A stretch of 64,000 bases of DNA from Heterodontus francisci (lineage: Eukaryota): the NCBI RefSeq assembly GCF_036365525.1, contig NC_090380.1:17856001-17920000 (forward strand), written 5' to 3'. Positions 1 through 9,400 of this stretch are shown one piece after another; within the stretch, counting starts at the first letter, position 1; each line of letters opens with the position of its first letter. The position numbers were made by a program, and so were the translations under genes. A model generated the notes under the pieces. That model saw only the letters and a program-made list of their open reading frames with translations, had not been told where the DNA came from and did not search any database.

Positions 1-440
1 CGCGTCCAGTGCTCGGAGGACCTCGGGATGCGGGGTGGGTAGGGAGCTCGGGGAGTGACGAGTAAAGAAAGCGCCGCCACATGGTGAACAGTTGGTGCGA
101 CGGCAACTTCAATGCAGAGGTTGGACGGGATGAACCACTTCGGATATTACCCGCCACCTGTTTTCCATCCTCCGCCTCGGCTGTTGCGGCCTCCGGTTTT
201 TTTGCCGCCGCCTGTAGCGTGGCAGCAGCAGGCCGCCTGGAACGGAGGGACGGCGTCACGATGCGGGCTCCCTTGGGGCATGGGGGCCGGGCAGCCTAAC
301 TCATCCTGGTTAAAGGCCTGTCACAGCAGCCAATTTCAGGGTAAAATGATTCTCCTCGCGTCTTTAGGGCGTTGAGTTATTATTCTGTGCAAACAGAGTT
401 ACAGAATCCTACCTCAGCAGATCTTTCGAGGCGTTGCTCA
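1..440. promoter_or_regulatory. CpG island / promoter-5'UTR-exon 1 region of NUFIP1
   Basis: GC-rich and CpG-dense, in contrast to the CpG-depleted, AT-rich sequence after about 450. It overlaps the first coding exon. Confidence 0.75.
130..340 (+). CDS. NUFIP1: NUFIP1 exon 1 (Pro-rich N-terminus)
   Basis: GGGATGA start (G at -3), [16 protein letters not shown]...SQFQG, donor CAGG|gtaaaa, phase 1. A weaker in-frame ATG lies at 112. Confidence 0.8.
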
Positions 441-3400
441 TGGCGGTTTGGAATAGGGTGTCAGGAAGCATATGTGACACCTGCATCCTATATGCAATAC
501 TTTTGATTTGTGGAGAGTTGCCAGTGCCACAGCTCTATTCATAAAGGGATAAACCAGGTAACTAAGGACCAGCCAGTTGAGCGGGATTTAAAATGAATGA
601 TCTTGGGTTAACGAAAGACAACTAGAGTGGATTTGTGAAATTTAGAAGATTTATTTGAGAAAATAAAGATGTAGTGATGAAAGAAATGCAGCTGATGTGC
701 ATATGAAATTTTAAAGGACTTTTGATAAGGTGCCACATAAGAGACTTGTGGATTAAATGAAGGCACAATATGAATATAAAGCTGGGTGAATGAAAGAAAA
801 GAGTAATAGTTAATGGTTTTCTTTTGGAGCAGAGGGATGTAAACAGTCTTGTGACCATTGCTCTTGTATATAAATGATTTGGATTTAGGGGTATGGTAGC
901 ATGGTGGTCATATTACTGAACTAGTAATCCAGAGGCTTGGATGAGAGATCCAGAGATAAAAGTTCAAATCCCACCATTGCAGCTGGGGAATTCAAGTTCA
1001 GTTAATTAAATAAATTTGGAATAAAAAGTTAGTATTAGTAATACTGACTGTGAAACTACTGGATTGTTGTAAAAACTCACCTGGTTCCCTAATGTCCTTT
1101 AGGGAAGGACTCCTGACTCTGAATAACCTAGCAAGCCACTCAGTTGCATTCAAGATGGTGGCTCACCACCACCTTCTCAAGGCCAATTAGGAATGGGCAA
1201 TAAATGCTGGCCTTGTCAGTGATGCCCATGTCCCATGAATGAATTGAAAAAAACATCAGTATAAGGAACGCAATCAAAATTTGCAGACAACATAAAATTA
1301 GGAAGCAGAGTTAACGTTCCAGGTCTGTGGGTCACGGAGCGGACATGTTAACTCTGCTTCTCTCCACAGATGCTGCCAGACCTGCTGGGCGGCGCAGTGG
1401 TTAGCACCGCAGCCTCACAGCTCCAGTGACACGGGTTCGATTCTGGGTACTGTCTGTGCGGAGTTTACAAATTCTCCCTGTGACCGCGTGGGTTTCCGCC
1501 GGGTGCTCCGGTTTCCTCCCACAGCCAAAGACTTGCAGGTTGATAGGTAAATTGGCCATTGCAAATTGCCCCTAGTGTAGGTAGGTGGTAGGGGAATTGA
1601 GGGGATGTGGTAGGAATATGGGATTACTGTAGGGTTCGTATAAGTGGGTGGTTGATGGTCGGCACAGACTCGGTGGGCCGAAGGGCCTGTTTCAGTGCTG
1701 TATCTCGAAATAAAAATAAATATCCAGCACTTTGTTTTTATTTCAGATTTCCAGTATCTGCAGTATTTTGCTTTTATTATAAAATTAGGAAGCATGGTTT
1801 ATCGAAAAGGACTAAAAGAAGGCAACCAAGTTAGTATATTGGAGAGAACGCAGACTGAAAGCTAAAACTTTAAAGGAAGTACGCAAGCAGAAAATCTTAG
1901 GAGTTCAGATACACAATGGGAGGATAAATTGATAAAACTGTTTTTAAAAACAGGTTGGATCCTAGGTTTTATAAATGAGGGCATTGAGTACAAAAGTAAA
2001 GAGGTTATGCTAAACATATACAAATCTTTAGTTAGGCCACAGTTGGAAATTATTTCCAGTACGGTGAGGGAATATATTTGCCCAGGTTTCACATTCCTTT
2101 TTGCACTTGTAAGCACTACATCCTTTGCACAAGTGGATTGGTTGGCAAAGCCAAATGTCAACAGGATAACTTCAAAAGCTCTCTCGCTACTGAAGAAGGC
2201 GTTGAGAATAAATAACAGGTGGCCTGTCCAAACAATGCATGCCAATAAATTTCATAGGCATTTATGGCATCAAAGGAGGCTACTTAACCCATCGGGTCCA
2301 TGCCAGTGATAAATTGGAGATTATTTCCTGTAAAGCATTCAATATCCTGTGAGGTCAGCTGGTCGTGGAAGCCTTCAGGTGCATCAGTGGATGTTAAGTG
2401 GTTGAATTACTCGGTCAACCAGGCATTTATAAAACTAAACATGGGCCAGCCGTTTTCCTCGTGGACTTGAGCCTGGTCCAAGATCAGACCCACCAGGAGC
2501 TCCACCGATCTGCTTACCCTGTGCACCTGCTGTGAGTGTTGTAGTTAAGCAGCTGGTTACATCTAGACTTGAGTCACTCAATCTGCAAAATGAGGAGTTT
2601 GTGTGCTGATAATGAGCTGTAACTGTCTCGTTTGTTTAGACTGGATTATGCACAGTCTTCCCTTTCATCTTCGACAGCAGGAGGGCACCACTAACAGATG
2701 AATGGACAGCCTATCCAAAATAACGTCAGAATTGTCTTTTGAATAATAGTCATTAAAACTGACTTTGAAAGGCTGTCTATATATGTGACTTCCACTGTTC
2801 ATAGATGTCTTTGAGTCAACTAATGCATAATGCCTGGTCACACTCAGTGGTCACCTCTGCTCAAGCCAATGCTTTAAATGTGGGCAAGCAATTGGAGTCT
2901 TGCTGCCTAGGGATTCTTCAGATCCCGAACTGAGGAAATGTTTGTTTAATGCTGGTTAATTTTTAATTATAATTCATCTTATTTGTTTATGCTTAGTTGC
3001 TGGATTATTAGTAACTTGGCAGAAAGCCAGTAGTTCTGATGTTAAAAAGGAAGAGGGAAGTTTGAATAAGTTGTTTCTAAATATTAGCACCAACCTTGGA
3101 TCAAATTGTTTTTTCCATTTCTTGGTTAGGCAGTTATTCTTCAGAATGTCGTGGTTATCTATATATAAAACTTTTATCGTTTTGTATACAGTGTGTGCTT
3201 CCTGTAAGCATCACATTTAGTGTCTAATAGTTCCCCATCATACTTTGGTAATGCCTTTATTGTAAAATGATGCATTCTCTGATGCACTGTGAGCATGGAA
3301 GATCTACTGGTTAGAAAGTAATTTTCTTGTGTATAGAGCACACGTCTTGCATGTATGCTCTTTCTGTCACTTTTCCTGTCATTGTCTTCTGACTCACCAT

Positions 3401-6400
3401 GAGCAATGTCACAGAAGATCTGCATACATCACTATAAATAAGTGATTCCGAAGAAGGGTCACTGACCCGAAACGTTAACTCTGCTTCTCTTTCCACAGAT
3501 GCTGCCAGACCTGCTGAGTGAATCCAGCATTTCTTGTTTTTGTTTCAGATTTCCAGCATCCGCAGTATTTTGCTTTTATATCACTATAAATAAGGTTCCT
3601 TTGAAAATAAATTTCTTACTGATGATGTGTCAGATGCGATGAGCATGATTGACATGGTGTGAATGATATGAAAGGGCAGTAAATGCAAACTGTATGTATA
3701 GAGCACAGTTAACTGGCATCATAGCAGCAGTGCTGAAGCATTTGTTGCTTTTTTAATATGTAATGGTTTTAATGTCATGTCATACGAACATACGAATTAG
3801 GAGCAGGAGTAGGCCACTCGGTCCTTCGAGCCCCCTCTGCCATTCAGTAAGTTCATGGCTGAACTGATTGCTCCACATTTCCACCTACCCCCGATAAACT
3901 TTCCACCCCCTTGCTTATCAAGAATCTATCCACCCCAGCCTTCAAAATATTGACTCTGTTTCCACCGCCTTTTGAGGAAAAGAATTCCAAAGACTCGTGA
4001 CCCTCAGAGAAAAAATTTCTCCTCATCTCTGTCTTAAATGGGCGACCCCTTATTTTTAAACAGTGACCCCTAGTTCTAGATTCTCCCACAAGAGGAAACA
4101 TCCTTTCCACATCCACCCTGTCAAGACCCCTCAGGATCATATATGTTTCAATCAAGTCGCATCTTACTCTTCTAAATTCCAGCGGATACAAGCCTAGCCT
4201 GTCCAACCTTTTCTTCTAAAACAGCCTGCCCATTCCAGGTATTAGTCTAGTAAACCTTCTCCATACTGCCTCCAATGTATTTACATTCTTCCTTAAATAA
4301 GGAGACCAGTACTATACACTACTCCTGATTTGTTAACTGTGGCAGTTATAAAACATATCCTCACTCCACCTGTGTTAGGAAAATGCTTACATTGAAGTCT
4401 TTATGCATTGTTTCTAGAAACTTTAATCCAGAATATTTCGGAATCTTCTCGGACAGTGTTCCAGGGTGTAAAGTTTGGCTCACTTCAAACTGCCATCAAA
4501 ACCAGTGTAAATATTCAAAAGGGAGGACAGTCCTGGCCTGCCTGTACAGAAACGATGAAACATCGTCATTAAGTAAACAACTGTCAAGTTGCGCGCATCA
4601 CTCCTTGACTCCCCACTGCACCCCAGCTGGTGTGTAAATGAGGCTGTCACATTGAGCAACTGTGCCATATGCAAGTTGTGGAATAGAGGTACACCATGTG
4701 TGCAAGAAATGTAGTCTAGATGCACTCAAATTGACCAGGTATAAATACCAGCCCAGGGCCATAGCAGAGCTGCTTGTGTGTGTGAGGATACCTATATTAA
4801 GGTTCAGAGCATATTTGAGCCACCAACAATAAGTTGGTGCTTTCTACTCTGGTACAGTCGGTCCTATTTACCAATTTCCTTTATTGAGTAATCTGTAGCA
4901 TGGTTGGCATTTGACTTGAGTTGTGAATTTGGTAATGCTGTTTTTTTCATATTATATAGGGGCCTAACTATTTTTTCCACTCTTTTCCCCCCTGCCACTT
5001 ATTTGTAAATGAAACCAGGTACTCATGACCAGTTTAACCAGAAGTGGCCAAATCAGCAAGCTTCAACCCAGTGGTCTCCAAATTCCAACCAATATGACTC
5101 CAGAAAACACAAGGTAATGTTGATATCCCACATTTCAACTCTGATGCTACTCCTTGCAGCGTATTGAGTTTGGGCAGGCCACCTGTTTTTATTAATCAGT
5201 GATGCCCTTCTCAGGGTTTATGTGTCAGCCGTGGCTCAGATTGGTAGCTCTCTCACCTCTGAGTCGCAAGGTTCTGGGTTCAAGTCCCACACCAGGGCTT
5301 GAGCACCAAAATCAAGGCTGACATTCCAGTGCAGTACTGAGGGAGTGCTGCACTGTCAGAGATGCCAACTTTTGGATGAAACATTAAAGCAAGGCCCCAT
5401 CTGCCTGCTTGGGTGGATGTGAAAGATCCCATGGCACTATTTTGAAGAAGAGCAGGGATGTTGTTGTCACGGGTGTCCTGACCAATATTTATCCCTGAAT
5501 CAACATCACAAAAACAGATATCTGGTCATTATCCTATTGTTTGTGCGAGCAAATTGGTTGCTGTATTTCCTGTAGTACGATAGTGGCAACACTTCAAAAG
5601 CACTTCATTGGCTGTAAAGCGCTTTATTTGCGAAATGCGTTGGCATGAAAAGCACTATATAAATGCAAGACTTTCTTTTTGGAGTTGTCCTGGATCCCAC
5701 CAATTGGCCAAAACCTTACAGGACACTAAGTAAGGAAGAACTTGCATTTATATAGCACTTTTCACTTCCTCAGGATGTCCCAAAGAGTTTCACAGCCAGT
5801 GAATTACTTTTGAACTGCAGTGCCTGTTACTGTATAGGCTAATGTGGCAGCCAATATGCACACAGCAATGTCCCACAAAAAGGAATGAGCAGCTAAATGT
5901 TTTTGGCCCTGTTGGTGGAAGGAGTAATGTTGGCCAGGAAAATGCCTGTACTGCTCTTCGAATAGTGCCACAGGATCTTTTACATGTATCTGAACAGGAA
6001 ACTGAATCTTGGTTTGACATCTGTGATAGTGCAGTAGTCTCAGTCCTGCACTGGAGTTTTGGTCTGGATTATTTGCTCAAGTGGGGTTTGAACTCTCAAC
6101 CATTTGACTCTGAGATATGTGAGTACTGCCAACTAAGCCAAGCTGACATCACTCGCCAGTGAGTTGTTTTCAGTATCACAGGGATCGGTATCTCATCCAA
6201 AAGACGACAGCTCCAACATTGCAGTACTCCCTCAGTACTGCACCAGAGTGGTCAGCTGAGTGGCAAAATTGGCAGAAGCTTCTCGATAAAAGAGACGGGG
6301 AGACTAAATTTTGAGGTGGGTATTTTCCCCTCGCGGACATTTTAGTGTGTTATGCATGTACACTAACTTTGCTCAACATTATTGTCGTATAACAAGATTC

Positions 6401-9400
6401 AGGATTCTGCCTTGTGTAATTTTATTTTGCATTGCTGGGCTAGTTAATTTTCTCGTAACTAATAATGATATTCATCATCTAGTTGAGAGAAGAAAACTAA
6501 ACCATGGTTGAGCTCAGAAGCCCTGTACCGTGGTTTGTCATCACCACTGTGTAACATGGGGCCAGCCCTGAACCAATTTGTTTTTCTGATTTGCTTTCCA
6601 ATAGCAGAAAAGGAAAAAGGAGCCGGTGTACACACACTACTGTGACACCTGTGACCGAGGATTCAAAAACCAGGAGAGGTACAGCGAGCATCTATCGCAG
6701 CACATCCAGGTAGGAGTGTATCAGCTTGTCCCAAGTTTCTACAGATACCTTTCTCCTGGCTGTAAGCATCCCATTACGACAACTTCAATCGAGATCCAAG
6801 TGGATATAAGCCGACAGCATAAAATAGTCCCTTATTCTGCCCCAATTGCCAATGTCTTTCAGATAGGCTTCAGCATGGTTGATGAGAAAAATGGGAAGAA
6901 ATGCTATACTGGTGCAGAAAGAGGGAACTTTTCTTTGATTGGGGATGAATCACAATTTTGGCCTGGTGTGCAGGATGCTTCACTCTGTATCTGGCTGTTT
7001 GATACTTTGGACTGGGATAACTCTACTCTCTGATGCGAGGTGCCTGAAATGAGAGAACTTCCCTTTGTTAACATAAATAAATTATCAACATGTTGTGACG
7101 ACCAGGTGAGAAAGGTCTAGGGTTCCCTTTCAGCCTTCACCTGGTCTTACTGTAACAGGGTTTAATTTTAAACACACTGTTTTTTTTAGCTCCCCCTTGG
7201 TGAATTCTGGAGTGAGGGGAGGACTTGTTGAACAGACCAGCTGTGGCTGGAAAGGATATTTACATATTAACAGACGGTGTATGGAAGGACAAAGCAGCCA
7301 TTCCTGGACATTCAACCCACAATGGACTTTTGATCACCAGACGTTGAAGGTGGGGGAGCTCGCTTTTCAGGCTGACTGCTAAGATGGCCAAATACACAAA
7401 CGGACATGGTCAAACCAGCTAGTCACATGACTAACCTGCTGGGCAACCTGAGTTTTTTGAATTTGTCCAAGGCTGCATTTGCTGACAACGCAACCACTAG
7501 GTGGCGCAGCAATGGCACATGCACAAATGCAGCCTGTGCCAGTAAAACGTCGCAGTCTGCGACGTCAGGCAGCTGCCAGAATTAAAGATGGCGCTGCTCA
7601 AATAATCGCAAGATGGCAACCTAAACACAAGGCAGCACACAATGGCTGAAGAGGGGAAGGAGCGAGCGGGCCGGGAAGGGGAGGGAGTGGGCAGGCGGGC
7701 AGTGAACGAGTGGGCGGGTGGGTGAGCCAGTGGTCGGAGGTGTGGCAAGCGGGCGGGGGGCAGTGAGTGAGCGAGCAATCGGGGCTGAGTGAGCGAGCGG
7801 GCGGGGGTCAGGAGTGGGCGGCGGGGGGCAGGAGGAGAGCGCACCTACCACCCACTCCTTCGGCAGTGCTCCACCCACCCCCGCTCTCTCCCCGCTCCCC
7901 AGATCCCTCTTCCCCACTTCCCCAACCCCTGCTCTCTCTGGCCCGGATCCCCCACCATCTGCCCGCGTTACAATGACGTCATCTGCGTATGTGCCAACCA
8001 GTCCTTGCACTGCGGAACGCGGCGCAAGTGCAGAGGGTAGGAACCAATTTGCGCATGTTTGCGCAGTCGGATGATGTCAGCTGCGTTGTACAAATCACTG
8101 TGTTTGTACAAATGGCTTGGGCAGAAAACTGTTAGCTCCTGGACTGAGAAGATCTCTCTCCTGTCTGCTCCCATTTCTTTCTTACAAGCCTCTGAATCCA
8201 CTGAAGACACATGAACCCCAAGAGAGAAAAGTTTCCCATAGCAAATAAGGTTTAAGAGGAATACTGGGCCCCAACAAAAAGCAAGATCTACCTGCAATCA
8301 AGGACTCTACAGTGAGCTCGAAGAACCACAACAACTCTTCAGATATTGCCTCAAACTTTTCCACTTTATTTTCGTCTCTTTTCTGTTTCTGTTTGTGTAT
8401 GCATGCTAATGAGGGGCGCGCCGTGTATCCATAAGCGTTAACCGAATCAGAGTTTAAGTTTAATAAATAGTTTAAAATCAATGTTCATGACAAAATGAAT
8501 GTGCCTCATTCTTGGCAGGTGGGGGCCAAGCATGACAATGTACATTATTCTGAGGGACAGAACATACTAATTTGGGGAGAGCTGGAAGATTATTAATGCT
8601 GAATTGTGACGTCTTGAAACTGTCAGCACAACTCAGAGTTAAGTGATGGAATAATTACAAAAATCACTCTTATGGTTCAAGAAACTTTCACAGTAGTTAC
8701 TTCAGACATACCAGACCAGTCAAATCTGCACAGGCAAGTCCACGATAACCAGCTTGTGCTGTATTCTCAGTATCAGTGTTTGATTGAAAGGCCTCCACTA
8801 GTTTCCCAGAAAGTCCAGCATTATTTAGATTGAACGATCCAAGATAAAGCAGTCCACTTGGTTGGCATCCCATTCACTACCTTGAACTTCACTCCTACAC
8901 CACCAGCACACAGTGACAGCAGTGTACACCATCTACAAGATGCAATGCAACAACTTGCCAAGGCTCCTTCGACAGCAGAAACCTGCACCCTCCATGTCTA
9001 GAAGAACAAGGGCAACAGGCACATGGGTATGCCATCTGCAAGTTCCCCTCTAAGTCACACATCCTGACTTGGAAATGTATCGCCATTACTTCTTCATCGC
9101 TGGGCTAAATCCTTGGAACTCCATCCCTAATAGCACTGTGGGTGTACCTACACCACATGGACTGCAGCAGTTCAAGAATATGGCTCACCAACAACTTCTC
9201 GAGGGCAATTAGGGCTGGGTGTTTAATGTTGACCTTCGATGAATAAAAAAAAAGAGTTGAGGTACCGCACATTTTCTTTTTAAAAAAAAAAAGGTGGGAA
9301 GGCATGTGATGAGGACACAAAGAATCTGCAAAGGGATATAGATAGGTTAAGTGAGTGGGCAAAAATTTGGTAGATGGTGTTCAATGTGGGAAAGTGAGGT

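Larger units (their letters stand above)
490..2050 (+). mobile_element. Old, fragmented CR1 LINE ORF2 remnants interrupted by SINEs
   Basis: Decayed CR1 RT motifs (fdkvph at about 720; [28 protein letters not shown] at about 1960-2050). Confidence 0.6.

Noticed and set aside
1387-1460. tRNA genes (also at 5222, 37600 and 42835)
   Set aside because: The A/B boxes belong to SINE heads and continue into SINE bodies. No complete cloverleaf.
2640-2701. Alternative exon 2 after tttgtttag
   Set aside because: In the required phase it hits TGA after about 20 codons and has no good donor. 5019-5113 fits better.
6626-7033. 135-aa ORF as a separate zinc-finger gene
   Set aside because: It is NUFIP1 exon 3 reading through the donor at 6710 into the intron.
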